A DNA stretch of 48,411 nt from Candidatus Methylomirabilis sp. (GTDB lineage Bacteria; Methylomirabilota; Methylomirabilia; Methylomirabilales; CSP1-5): NCBI GenBank assembly GCA_012974305.1, contig JAAXQN010000022.1:1-48411 (forward strand), in the 5' to 3' direction. This document shows, piece after piece, positions 27,474 through 36,676 of this stretch (positions within the stretch are counted from its first letter, which is position 1; every line of letters begins with the position of its first letter). The notes under the pieces were generated by a model. It saw only the letters and a program-made list of their open reading frames with translations. It ran no database searches and was not told the origin of the DNA. The translations under genes were made by a program, and so were the position numbers.

Positions 27474-28565
27474 ATGACGGTCAAGATCTACATCCCGACG
27501 CCGTTTCGAGCGATTACTCGCAACCAGGCCACGGTGGAGGTCGAAGGGGAGACTATCCAGCACCTCATCGAGGCCCTCGAAGCGGAGTATCCCGGCATCC
27601 GGGAGCGGGTTTTTGATGAGGCAGGAGAGATTCATCGGCATATCAATATCTATGTGAACGAAATCGCCGTCGAGAACCTCAAGGGCAAAGATACGGCATT
27701 GGTGGAGGGGGACGAGGTGTCCCTGATCCCGGCCATTGCCGGAGGGGCGATTCCCTTTACCGAGGAGCAAATCAAGCGGTACAGCCGTCACATCATCCTG
27801 CCCGAGGTAGGTGGGAAGGGACAACGGAAACTCCTCAACAGTAGCGCCCTCTTGGTTGGGGCCGGTGGTCTGGGCTGTCCTGCTGCCCTCTATCTAGCCG
27901 CTGCGGGTGTGGGCCGGCTCGGGATCGTCGATTTCGATCTGGTGGATCTCAGCAACCTCCAGCGACAGATCCTTCACCACACCCATGACCTGGGGCGACC
28001 CAAGGTCCTTTCGGCGGTGGACAGCATCGGGGATATCAATCCCGATGTCAAGGTCGAGCCCCATCAGGCCCAGCTCTCGTCGGAGAATGTGAAAGAGATC
28101 ATCGCCGGCTACGACGTAATCGTCAACGGCTGTGACAACTTTCCCACCCGATACCTGTTGAATGATGCCTGTTACTTTCTGAAGAAGCCGATGGTGGATG
28201 GCAGCATTTTCCGCTTTGAAGGGCAGGTCACGGTCTTCTCACCGGGGAAAGGGTGTTACCGCTGTCTGTATCCTGCGCCGCCCCCGCCCGGGCTCGTCCC
28301 GAGTTGTGCAGAGGCTGGGGTCCTCGGAGTCCTCTGCGGGATCATTGGCAGCCTCCAGGCGCTCGAGGCGATCAAGCTCATCCTCGGCGGGGGAGACCCC
28401 CTCGTTAATCGCCTGCTCTTTTTCGATGCGATGACGTTGGAGTTCCGTCAAGTCAAGATCCGGCGGGATCCAGAGTGTCCGGTCTGCGGCGATCATCCCA
28501 CGATCACGGACCTGATTGACTACCACGAATTCTGCGGCGTCCCGCAGGGGCAGGTGGTGAGCTAG
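27474..28565 (+). CDS. moeB: MoaD/ThiS ubiquitin-like domain fused to MoeB-type E1 adenylyltransferase
   Basis: Residues 1-91 are a Ubl (IYIPTP, NIYVN, PAIAGG). Then RYSRH, GAGGLG, SNLQRQ, DNFPTRY, CYRC, PSCAEAG, CPVC; no C-terminal rhodanese domain. Confidence 0.9.
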   Translation: MTVKIYIPTPFRAITRNQATVEVEGETIQHLIEALEAEYPGIRERVFDEAGEIHRHINIYVNEIAVENLKGKDTALVEGDEVSLIPAIAGGAIPFTEEQIKRYSRHIILPEVGGKGQRKLLNSSALLVGAGGLGCPAALYLAAAGVGRLGIVDFDLVDLSNLQRQILHHTHDLGRPKVLSAVDSIGDINPDVKVEPHQAQLSSENVKEIIAGYDVIVNGCDNFPTRYLLNDACYFLKKPMVDGSIFRFEGQVTVFSPGKGCYRCLYPAPPPPGLVPSCAEAGVLGVLCGIIGSLQALEAIKLILGGGDPLVNRLLFFDAMTLEFRQVKIRRDPECPVCGDHPTITDLIDYHEFCGVPQGQVVS

Positions 28566-28570
28566 GAATA

Positions 28571-28591
28571 GTTCACAGTTCAGAGTTCATG
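28571..28591. repeat. Heptamer array (GTTCANN)3
   Basis: GTTCACA GTTCAGA GTTCATG just after the moeB stop. Confidence 0.6.
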
Positions 28592-28688
28592 GTCGAAGGA
28601 TGATGGATGCAGAAGATAAAGAAGGCAGCCGGTGGATTCTCATCCTCTCTGGAAATGACAGGACTAAGGCAATGAGGAGATCAGCTTA

Positions 28689-29645
28689 ATGCGAAGGAAA
28701 CTTGTGACGCGTGCACCTTACCTCAGCGGGATTTTTGCCTTACTACTCGCTACTTCCGTGGCGTGTAGCCGGCAGGAGGCCAAGAAATCAGGATTCCCGA
28801 ACGGCCAATTGCTGGTGGAAACCCAAGAGGTGGAGCGTCACCTAGGCGACCCTGATCTTCGCCTGGTGGACCTTCGGGCGCAAGGACCTCACGGCTACGA
28901 AGAGTATGCCTTTGGGCATATCCCTGGGGCGGTTTATCTGAACTGGCAGGACATCGACGATCTGAAAAGTAATCAGAAAGGCCTGCCGATGGATCAGGCC
29001 AAGGCGGAGGCTCTGTTCAGTCGGTTGGGGATTGACGAAAACACGGGGGTCATCGCGTACGACGACTCGGGCGGGCTCTTTGCAGCACGCCTCTTCTTTG
29101 TCCTCGAATTCTTTGGGCACACCAAGGTTGCCATTCTCAACGGGGGATTTTCGAAGTGGATGAACGAAGACCGGGATCTCGGCGACGAGGATCCGAAGAT
29201 CACGCCTAAAAAATTCGTGGCCCGGTCAAACCCCAACCTGATCGCTACCGCTGAGTGGGTGAAAGACAACCTCAAGAATCCGACAGTCTGTATGGTGGAT
29301 GCCCGAAGTCCACTGGAATTCCAGGGGAAACGGACCGACCCGGGGAGAATCAAGGATTCCGACATCAAGCGGGGAGGCCGAGTCCCTGGGGCAGTGCTCA
29401 TCGATTGGGTCGATACGATCAACCGCGAGGACCATACTTTTAAGAGCACCGCAGAACTCAGAGAAATCTTTGAAGAAGCTGGGGCGACGAAGGACCGGGA
29501 GATTGTGACCTATTGCCGGACGGGGGTGCGAGCAGCTCACAACTACTTCGTAGCCAGACTGCTCGGGTACGAGAAGGTGCGTAATTACGACGGATCCTGG
29601 ATTGATTGGGGAAATCGGTCAGGGGTTCCAGTGGAGAAGTCATAA
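28689..29645 (+). CDS. Double-domain rhodanese/sulfurtransferase, predicted lipoprotein
   Basis: Signal with lipobox SVAC; GHIPGA, LNGG, DARS, active loop YCRTGVR, YDGSWIDW. Confidence 0.88.
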   Translation: MRRKLVTRAPYLSGIFALLLATSVACSRQEAKKSGFPNGQLLVETQEVERHLGDPDLRLVDLRAQGPHGYEEYAFGHIPGAVYLNWQDIDDLKSNQKGLPMDQAKAEALFSRLGIDENTGVIAYDDSGGLFAARLFFVLEFFGHTKVAILNGGFSKWMNEDRDLGDEDPKITPKKFVARSNPNLIATAEWVKDNLKNPTVCMVDARSPLEFQGKRTDPGRIKDSDIKRGGRVPGAVLIDWVDTINREDHTFKSTAELREIFEEAGATKDREIVTYCRTGVRAAHNYFVARLLGYEKVRNYDGSWIDWGNRSGVPVEKS

Positions 29646-29684
29646 GACCGGTGCGGGCGGCCGCATGAGAACACAGGGAGAGCA

Positions 29685-29978
29685 ATGAGCGTTCAGATTC
29701 ACGTTCCCCAGATCTTCCGAAAGCACACCGGTGGCGCAAAGACGGTGGTCGTCGAGGGTCAAACGCTCCGCGAGGTGCTGGATAGCCTCGACAAGGCATA
29801 TCCGGGCCTTCGGGACCGGTTGCTGGACGGTAAAGGGATTCACCGGTTTGTCAACATTTACCGCAACGACGAGGATATCCGATTCCTCGAGTCTCTGGAT
29901 ACCGAAGTGCGAGAGGGGGATAGCATCTCGATTCTTCCTGCGGTTGCGGGAGGAGGTCACTTTGGCGCCCAAGGATAA
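29685..29978 (+). CDS. cysO: CysO-like ubiquitin-like sulfur carrier (MoaD family) with 7-residue tail after Gly-Gly
   Basis: IHVPQIFRKHTGG, YPGL, FVNIY.NDEDIRFL..LDT, LPAVAGG-GHFGAQG; directly upstream of cysM and mec. Confidence 0.8.
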   Translation: MSVQIHVPQIFRKHTGGAKTVVVEGQTLREVLDSLDKAYPGLRDRLLDGKGIHRFVNIYRNDEDIRFLESLDTEVREGDSISILPAVAGGGHFGAQG

Positions 29979-30003
29979 GGTGATCCGCGGCGGCGAGGAA
30001 GCC

Positions 30004-30948
30004 ATGAGGCCACGGATCGCGAGCGACATCGTTGACGCGATTGGAAATACTCCCCTGGTTGAGGTTTCCCGGGTGAGTCCAAAGCCGTCGGTCCGGATCT
30101 TCTGTAAGCTCGAGTTCTACAATCCGACGGGGAGCCTGAAGGACCGGATTGCCAAGTATATGATCGAACAGGCAGAGCAGCGAGGGGATCTGACCCCGGG
30201 CCAAACCATCATCGAGCCGACGAGCGGCAATACCGGCATCTCCCTAGCGTTGATCGGCCGGCGGAAGGGTTATACGGTCAAGGTCGTCGTTCCAGAGAAC
30301 ATTACCGTCGAGCGGCGGCAACTGCTGGAGCTGTACGGTGCAGAAATCATTTACTCCGACGCCCGCCGGGGAACCAACGGGGCCATCGAAATGGCAAAGA
30401 AGCTGGCTGCCGAGAACCCGGACTGGCATATGCCATACCAGTACGGCAATCAGGCCAATGTCCAGGCGCATTACGAGACCACCGGTACGGAGATCCTCGA
30501 GGCGCTACCCGACGTCGATGTTTTTGTGGCGGGACTCGGGACCGGCGGCACTCTCATGGGCGTTGGCCGGCGGCTGAAGGAGGTAAACTCCAAAACCCAG
30601 GTGATCGCCGTCGAGCCGCATCCAGGCGATCTTGTACAGGGACTCCGGAGCTTGGAAGAGGGGTTCATTCCGCCTATCTTGGATATGAGTCTGCTGGATG
30701 GAAAGATCATTGTCGATTCTCGCTGTGCGTTCGCCCTCACCCGGGATCTTACGTTCAAGGAGGGAATCTTTGCCGGGGTCTCTTCGGGTGCCGTGCTCCA
30801 CTGTGCCATCCGAACGGCGCACAAAATGGAGCAGGGAAATATTGTGTGCCTGCTTGCTGATGGTGGTTGGAAGTATGTCAGCCTTGGTGTGTGGGCCAAA
30901 GAGCTCCCGGACCTTGGGGAGGATGTCTACAGTCATATCTGGTGGTAG
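30004..30948 (+). CDS. cysM: CysM-like (thiocarboxylate-dependent) cysteine synthase; alternative TTG start 29962
   Basis: IGNTPL, NPTGSLKDR, EPTSGNTG, YQYGN, GLGTGGT, GLRSL.EGFIPP, ADGGWKY, C-terminal WW; flanked by CysO and a JAB protease. Confidence 0.82.
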   Translation: MRPRIASDIVDAIGNTPLVEVSRVSPKPSVRIFCKLEFYNPTGSLKDRIAKYMIEQAEQRGDLTPGQTIIEPTSGNTGISLALIGRRKGYTVKVVVPENITVERRQLLELYGAEIIYSDARRGTNGAIEMAKKLAAENPDWHMPYQYGNQANVQAHYETTGTEILEALPDVDVFVAGLGTGGTLMGVGRRLKEVNSKTQVIAVEPHPGDLVQGLRSLEEGFIPPILDMSLLDGKIIVDSRCAFALTRDLTFKEGIFAGVSSGAVLHCAIRTAHKMEQGNIVCLLADGGWKYVSLGVWAKELPDLGEDVYSHIWW

Positions 30949-30983
30949 TCGTAAGCGACGAGTGCTGAGAGTCGAGAGCGGAG

Positions 30984-31385
30984 ATGTTCAAGCTCGAAAA
31001 GCGATTCGCCACGGAGATCATCGATCACGCACGGGCTGAGGCGCCGAACGAGTGTTGCGGTCTTCTGGCTGGGGAAAACGGCACGATCCTTCAACTGTAC
31101 CGATGTGATAGTGCCGAGAAGAGCGCGTACCGATACTACCTCGACCCGAAGGATCAGCTCCGGGTGATGCGAGAGCTCGATGAAAAGGGGTGGGAGCTGC
31201 TTGGAATCTACCACTCCCACACCCACACGGAGGCCTATCCGTCAAAAACGGATGTGGAACTTGCTTTCTATCCCGACGCGCTATACTTCATCGTTTCCCT
31301 CGAGAAACCGAGCGAACCGGTGATTCGGGTTTTTCGAATTAATGATGGGAACATCACAGAGGAGGACGTGATGATCGGGCAGTGA
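30984..31385 (+). CDS. mec: JAB/JAMM (M67, Mec+-like) metallopeptidase
   Basis: PNECCGLL and GIYHSHTHTEAYPSKTD (E..HxHx7Sx2D). Confidence 0.88.
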   Translation: MFKLEKRFATEIIDHARAEAPNECCGLLAGENGTILQLYRCDSAEKSAYRYYLDPKDQLRVMRELDEKGWELLGIYHSHTHTEAYPSKTDVELAFYPDALYFIVSLEKPSEPVIRVFRINDGNITEEDVMIGQ

Positions 31386-31407
31386 AGGGGGGTTTTTTAT
31401 ATGGAGA

Positions 31408-31432
31408 AAACCCGAGTAATTCAATCGGGATT
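31408..31432. promoter_or_regulatory. Putative second Rrf2 operator
   Basis: 25-bp palindrome AAACCCGAGTAATTCAATCGGGATT, resembling the IscR type-1 box, in an AT-rich spacer. Confidence 0.6.
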
Positions 31433-31484
31433 ATCGTCTTGGTGAATCAAGAAACTTTACCAATTAGAAAGGGGAGGGGCAATC

Positions 31485-32327
31485 ATGGCGACTTATGCAC
31501 ATCCTGAGGTACTGGTGGAAACCCAGTGGGTTGCAGACAACCTGAAGGACCCCAAAATCCGGCTGGTGGAAGTCGATGTCGACACGGCCGCCTATGGTGA
31601 GGGGCACATCCCCGGCGCCGTGGGCTGGAACTGGAAGAGCGACCTGGAAGAGACCCTGGAACGGGATATCGCCCACCAAGTGACCCTGGACAAGCTGCTC
31701 GGCAGGTCGGGGATTGCCAACGACACGACCGTGATCTTATACGGGGATAACAATAACTGGTTTGCTACGTATGCGTTCTGGCTCCTGAAATATTACGGCC
31801 ATGCGGCCGCCCGGCTCATGAACGGGGGACGGGCGAAATGGATTGCCGAGGGGCGGCCCATGACGAAGGAGACCCCAAAGCACCCGGCCACGACCTACAA
31901 GACGCAGGGGCCGGACAAGAGTATCCGGGTGGTGCGGGAGGAGGTGATCGCGTCGGTGGGGAAGGCAGGCCTGGGCTTGGTGGATGTGCGCTCGCCGAAA
32001 GAATTTAGCGGTGAGATCCTGGCCCCCGAGAACCTGCCGCAGGAGGGGGCGCAGCGGGGGGGCCACATTCCGGGCGCGGCGAACATCCCCTGGAGCCAGG
32101 CGGTCAGGGAAGACGGCACCTTTAAGAGTGTAGAGGATCTCAAACAGCTGTACCAGGGGAAGGGGATCGTTCCGGACAAGGAAATCATAGCCTACTGCCG
32201 GATCGGTGAGCGCTCCTCGCACACCTGGTTTGTGCTGAAGTATCTGTTGGGCTACCCCAAGGTGGTGAATTACGACGGGTCGTGGACCGAGTACGGCAGC
32301 CTGGTCCATGTCCCCATCGAGAGATAG
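31485..32327 (+). CDS. Thiosulfate sulfurtransferase (CysA2/SseA-type double rhodanese)
   Basis: YAHPEVLV, GHIPGA, YGDNNNWFA, DVRSPKEF, active loop YCRIGERS, YDGSWTE. Confidence 0.93.
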   Translation: MATYAHPEVLVETQWVADNLKDPKIRLVEVDVDTAAYGEGHIPGAVGWNWKSDLEETLERDIAHQVTLDKLLGRSGIANDTTVILYGDNNNWFATYAFWLLKYYGHAAARLMNGGRAKWIAEGRPMTKETPKHPATTYKTQGPDKSIRVVREEVIASVGKAGLGLVDVRSPKEFSGEILAPENLPQEGAQRGGHIPGAANIPWSQAVREDGTFKSVEDLKQLYQGKGIVPDKEIIAYCRIGERSSHTWFVLKYLLGYPKVVNYDGSWTEYGSLVHVPIER

Positions 32328-32338
32328 GGAGTGGAGAA

Positions 32339-33007
32339 GTGACACAGCCCCAGTCGGATGAACCTTTTCTGAGGATTGGCCCGGCGGAAGCCAAGGCATT
32401 GATAGAGAAAGGGGTCCAGTTAGTGGATGTCCGGGAACCCCAAGAGTACGCCGAGATGCGGATCGCGGGCTCGGTTCTCTTTCCTATGGGCACGCTCCTC
32501 AAGGCCCCGCGAGACATTCTGAAGGAGGGGCCGGTTCTGCTTGTGTGTTCAGAAGGGCTTCGGAGTGCAGTTGCCTGTGAGGCGGCAGCGGCGATTGGGG
32601 TTGAGGAGGTCTATAACCTCGAAGGGGGGCTGCAGCGCTGGCAGGAGGAAGGGTACACGCTGGAGACAGGTGAAGTGAGTGAGCCGGTGATCGCTGAGAC
32701 ACCGGCCGTGCCCCGACCGCCGGCGCAGGATCTTCTCGTCTCCGGCGAGCGCCTCGCACGGGTCCATCGCTTCCGGTATCAGAAGGCCGTAGCATGCGCC
32801 TTGGGCACTATTGAGCTCGTCGTGGAGGAAAGCGTGGGCGAAATGGAGGAGCCATCGAAGCGCTGCGTGGCGAGACCTGATCACCCGGAGCGTGTCCCGA
32901 GACCAGATCTCACGGTTTACGGTGAGAGTGTTGAGGATGTCCTGCGAGTCCTGATTGAAAAACTCAGGGGGCGGCGCCCTCAGGAGATCTTTTTACCCAC
33001 GGGGTAA
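32339..33007 (+). CDS. Single rhodanese domain plus unknown C-terminal domain
   Basis: VDVREPQEY..RIAGS, active loop CSEGLRS, NLEGG..W; then a Pro-rich linker and about 85 aa without recognised motif. Confidence 0.8.
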   Translation: MTQPQSDEPFLRIGPAEAKALIEKGVQLVDVREPQEYAEMRIAGSVLFPMGTLLKAPRDILKEGPVLLVCSEGLRSAVACEAAAAIGVEEVYNLEGGLQRWQEEGYTLETGEVSEPVIAETPAVPRPPAQDLLVSGERLARVHRFRYQKAVACALGTIELVVEESVGEMEEPSKRCVARPDHPERVPRPDLTVYGESVEDVLRVLIEKLRGRRPQEIFLPTG

Positions 33008-33065
33008 CGCCACCGTCATCGGCGCCCCCGAGGAATTTTGGCTTTGCTCAAGGAAGGATGATCTC

Positions 33066-33830
33066 GTGATTGTTTCGGTACCGGCAATTGCCTTCGTAGG
33101 ATTAGCGTCGGGCTGGGTCATGGGGATTTCTGCCGCGGCGTGGGGGGCTTTGAGCGTCCCATTGCTGATTCTCATCGGAGTCGAGCCCTTGGTCGCGATC
33201 AATGCGTCTCTGGCGGCATCCATCTTACTCAGTCTGTTCGGCGGCGTGACCCATTGGCGCTATGACCGATCACGGGTAGTTCCTCTCCTCCCGCTGGTGT
33301 TCGGAGGTGTGGGAGGCGCATTCCTGGGGAGTTTACTGAGCCCTGCGCTCCCAACACAAACCCTTCGGATTTTGATTGGCTTTACAACTCTGAGTATCGG
33401 TATTCTGACGCTTTTCAGGAAAAATGGGAACGGGTCGCAAAACAATTTTGAAGCCGTGAAATGGAACGACAGGAGGGCGATCCTTTTCGGAATCGGGGTA
33501 GTGGCCGGATTATCCGCCGGTGCGTTCGGCTCGGGTTGGGGGACGATCGGTGTTGTATTGCTGATGTGGACAGGCATTCCCCCCCACACCGTGGTGGGCT
33601 CATCACTGCTAGCTCGGTCATTGGTGGCCTCAGCCGCGGCCGGCTCGTATACTCTTCAGGCAGGAAATTTCCCCCTGGGGGTCTTTCTACCGCTTCTGAT
33701 TGCAGGGGGCTTGGGGGTATATCTCGGGGTCCGGACGGCCAATCGGGTTTCGGTGGCCGGGATGCGAGTGCTCCTCGGCGGTGTGGTCACGATGGTGGGG
33801 ATCCTGATCGTGGTCGGAACTATGTGGTAA
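33066..33830 (+). CDS. TauE/SafE-family sulfite/sulfur-compound exporter
   Basis: About 8 TM helices in two Gly-rich repeats (G..SG..G....GAL.VP; GL.AGAFG.G.G..; VGSSL). Confidence 0.82.
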   Translation: MIVSVPAIAFVGLASGWVMGISAAAWGALSVPLLILIGVEPLVAINASLAASILLSLFGGVTHWRYDRSRVVPLLPLVFGGVGGAFLGSLLSPALPTQTLRILIGFTTLSIGILTLFRKNGNGSQNNFEAVKWNDRRAILFGIGVVAGLSAGAFGSGWGTIGVVLLMWTGIPPHTVVGSSLLARSLVASAAAGSYTLQAGNFPLGVFLPLLIAGGLGVYLGVRTANRVSVAGMRVLLGGVVTMVGILIVVGTMW

Positions 33831-33893
33831 GGACTGTTCACCTAACTGTCACCCTTAAACGGACATGCGAACGTCCGGAAGGGAGGATGGGGA

Positions 33894-35687
33894 ATGCAGC
33901 AGTTGGAAAATCGGGACGCCAAAAAGGCGACCATCACGATAGAGGGTAAGCCGCTGGCCATTCGTCCCTCCTATGCCCAGCAGGAGGAGATCGATACCTT
34001 TGACGAATTCGTGCAGCGTTTCTGGCAAAAACAGATATCGGAGGTGGAGTTCCAGCGCTTCCGCCTCCAGCACGGGGTCTATGGTCAACGCCAAGAGGGG
34101 GTCCAGATGGTTCGCATCAAGATCCCCTGGGGCGGGCTGAGCGCCGAACAACTGGAGGCGTTAGCCGACCTCGCGCAACGGACCCCTCGTCGTATCGGTC
34201 ACGTCACGACGCGTCAGAACGTCCAGTTTCACTTTGTCAAGCTGGCTGAGGCTACCGAGTTCTTGGGCGCCCTGGAAAAGGTGGGATTGACGACGCGGGA
34301 AGCCTGCGGGAACACGGTTCGGAATGTCACCGCAGGAGCCTGCTCTGGCGTCTGCCCGCGCGAGGTGTTCGACGTGACGCCTTATGCCGAGGCCGTGGCG
34401 CGCTTCCTCCTACGCAACCCGATGAACCAGAATCTTCCCCGCAAATTCAAGATCGCCTTTTCGGGGTGCCCGGACGATGAGGGGATCACGGCAATCCATG
34501 ATATCGGCGGACGGGCCGTTCTCCATCAGGAGAATGGGGTAAGCCACCGGGGCTTTCGGTTGATCGTGGCTGGGGGACTCGGCCCGGTGCCACACCATGC
34601 CCAAGTCCTCGAAGAGTTCACTCCAGCGGACGAGCTGCTGGCGACGGTGGGCGCCATTGTCAGGGTGTTTGACCGATTTGGGAACCGAGAGAACCGGAGC
34701 AGGGCCCGGATGAAGTTCGTGCTGCAAGAATTCGGTCTGGAAAAGTTCCGGAACCTGGTTTTTAAAGAGCGGACTGGTCTCAAGTCAACCATGGGCGGAA
34801 AGTTCCCCCCAATTGTCATCCGGGAAGAAGGTCCCCCGGCCCCAAGATCCACCCCAGTGTCCATCTCGGGTCTGGAAGACCCCGCCTACGAGTTGTGGCG
34901 GCGTAGCAACGTCCGGCCCCAAAAGCAGCCTGGCTACGTAATGGTCACGGTTCGTTTGGAGCTCGGCGACTTCACGCCGCTGCAGCTTCGGCTCCTGGCC
35001 TTCTGTGCTCGTGAGTTTGGTGACAGCACTGTGAGGACCACAAACCAACAGAACTTCCTCCTTCGGTGGATTCCGGAGGAGGCCCTGGTGCCGATGTACC
35101 GAGTCCTTCGTCGTGCAGATCTGGCCCGGTCCGGTGCCGATCGACTTATGGATGTTACGGCCTGTCCCGGTGCAGACACCTGCCAGCTCGGGATTACGTC
35201 TTCCCGGGGGCTCGCGTTGGCCATAGGTCGGATGGTGGAGGAGAAGCACCCGGATCTGGCAGAGGAAGTGGGTGGACGGATTAAGATCTCGGGCTGCCCG
35301 AACTCCTGCGGTCAGCATCACATCGCGACCATCGGATTTTATGGCGGTTCGAAGAAATTCGGCGGGCGTCAGGCTCCGACCTATCAGATGCTCCTTGGAG
35401 GCGTGTGGGGAGATAGCACCGCCCGATTCAGCCAGCCCGCGCTACGGCTCCCAGCGAAGAACATTCCCAATGCCATCGACAGGCTCCTGGAGATTTATAA
35501 GGCGAACCGGACAAACGGCGAGAGCCTCTTCCCATTTCTGGAGCGTTTCGGACCGAAGCAGGTGGTGCAAAACCTGGCGGAGTTCACCGCGATACCCAGC
35601 TATGAAGAAGCCCCGGACGGGTTCCAGGATTGGGGCGAGGAGAAGGCCTTCGAGCTCAAGACTGGGGTTGGTGAGTGCGCGGTGTGA
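33894..35687 (+). CDS. Ferredoxin-type siroheme sulfite/nitrite reductase (probably assimilatory sulfite reductase)
   Basis: MVRIKIPWG, HVTTRQNVQ, ACGNTVRN, LPRKFKIAFSGC, CPGADTC..SGCPNSC cluster ligands; sulfate-assimilation context. Confidence 0.9.
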   Translation: MQQLENRDAKKATITIEGKPLAIRPSYAQQEEIDTFDEFVQRFWQKQISEVEFQRFRLQHGVYGQRQEGVQMVRIKIPWGGLSAEQLEALADLAQRTPRRIGHVTTRQNVQFHFVKLAEATEFLGALEKVGLTTREACGNTVRNVTAGACSGVCPREVFDVTPYAEAVARFLLRNPMNQNLPRKFKIAFSGCPDDEGITAIHDIGGRAVLHQENGVSHRGFRLIVAGGLGPVPHHAQVLEEFTPADELLATVGAIVRVFDRFGNRENRSRARMKFVLQEFGLEKFRNLVFKERTGLKSTMGGKFPPIVIREEGPPAPRSTPVSISGLEDPAYELWRRSNVRPQKQPGYVMVTVRLELGDFTPLQLRLLAFCAREFGDSTVRTTNQQNFLLRWIPEEALVPMYRVLRRADLARSGADRLMDVTACPGADTCQLGITSSRGLALAIGRMVEEKHPDLAEEVGGRIKISGCPNSCGQHHIATIGFYGGSKKFGGRQAPTYQMLLGGVWGDSTARFSQPALRLPAKNIPNAIDRLLEIYKANRTNGESLFPFLERFGPKQVVQNLAEFTAIPSYEEAPDGFQDWGEEKAFELKTGVGECAV

Positions 35688-35700
35688 GGAAGGTCGATTG

Positions 35701-36627
35701 ATGGGACTGAAGGGTCTGACAGTGGCGGTCACCGGAAGCAGGCGAGCCTCGGAACTCGCCCAGCTCATCACGAACTCCGGCGGAGTTCCGTATGTGGCTC
35801 CAACGGTGGGGATCGAAGTCCAGGAGGACGTGGACCGTCAAACAGAAGAGTTGGTCCGTAGGATCGTCGACGGAGAATTTGATTATGCGATCTTCATGAC
35901 GGGCCCCGGCGTATATCGATTGATGTCGACAGCGCAGCAGCTCGGTTTGGAGCGTGAGGTAGTTGATGTGTTGAACCGCACGAGTGTCGTCGCCAGGAGC
36001 CAGAAACCACAGAAGGTATTAGAAAAGTCCGGGGTCAGGGTGACCATGGTGCCATCCGACAATACGTCGGAAGGCATTGCCGCCGAGATGGCCAAACTCG
36101 ACGTCAGCGGCAAAGGCATCGCCGTGCTCTGGCATGGGGATTCCCATCCGATGCTGCGTGAGGTCCTGGAAAGAAGAGGAGCCAAGGTCTTTGAGGCGAT
36201 GGCATACACATATTCGTTGGACCTGGGAAAACGGGGTGCTGATCTCTTAGAGGCTGTGGGGTTTAAGTATATCCCCCCCGGCGAAGGCAAGATGCTTGAG
36301 CTTATCAACGATCTGGTGAGGGGCATGATTCATATCATCACGTTTACCAGTCCCCCATCGGCCAGAAACCTCTTTCGGTTTGCAGAAGCCCACGGGCGAG
36401 ACATCGATCTTCGGAGGTCCCTGAACGAGAAGGTTATCGTTGTTGCCGTCGGACCGCCCACGCGGAGGAGCATTGAGGAGGACGAAGTTCAAGTCGATGT
36501 CATGCCGGATGTCTACAAGTTGGGACCCATGGTGAAGGCTACGGTTGATTATCTGGCGCAAGACCACTCACACCCGCGAAAAGGGGCTCTGGCCAGGATT
36601 CAACCTGAGTCAATTGCGGGTGGATAA
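35701..36627 (+). CDS. hemD: Uroporphyrinogen-III synthase
   Basis: LKGLTVAVT..RR, IFMTGPG, VVARS.KP, TFTSPP, AVGPPT, LGPMV. Confidence 0.8.
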   Translation: MGLKGLTVAVTGSRRASELAQLITNSGGVPYVAPTVGIEVQEDVDRQTEELVRRIVDGEFDYAIFMTGPGVYRLMSTAQQLGLEREVVDVLNRTSVVARSQKPQKVLEKSGVRVTMVPSDNTSEGIAAEMAKLDVSGKGIAVLWHGDSHPMLREVLERRGAKVFEAMAYTYSLDLGKRGADLLEAVGFKYIPPGEGKMLELINDLVRGMIHIITFTSPPSARNLFRFAEAHGRDIDLRRSLNEKVIVVAVGPPTRRSIEEDEVQVDVMPDVYKLGPMVKATVDYLAQDHSHPRKGALARIQPESIAGG

Positions 36628-36676
36628 CCGAGCGGCCAGGAATCGGTCTGTAAACAAAGCCGAAAGGGGGGGACAC

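Noticed and set aside
29731-30003. Long N-terminal extensions in the ORF track (also 35272, 36545, 37290, 40125, 40450)
   Set aside because: They overlap upstream genes or the riboswitch; conserved motifs and RBSs point to downstream starts.
27474-31385. Ubl/E1/JAB as an anti-phage conjugation system or molybdopterin/thiamine pathway
   Set aside because: No E2, cyclase, MoaE or ThiG in the window; the context is cysteine and sulfate assimilation.
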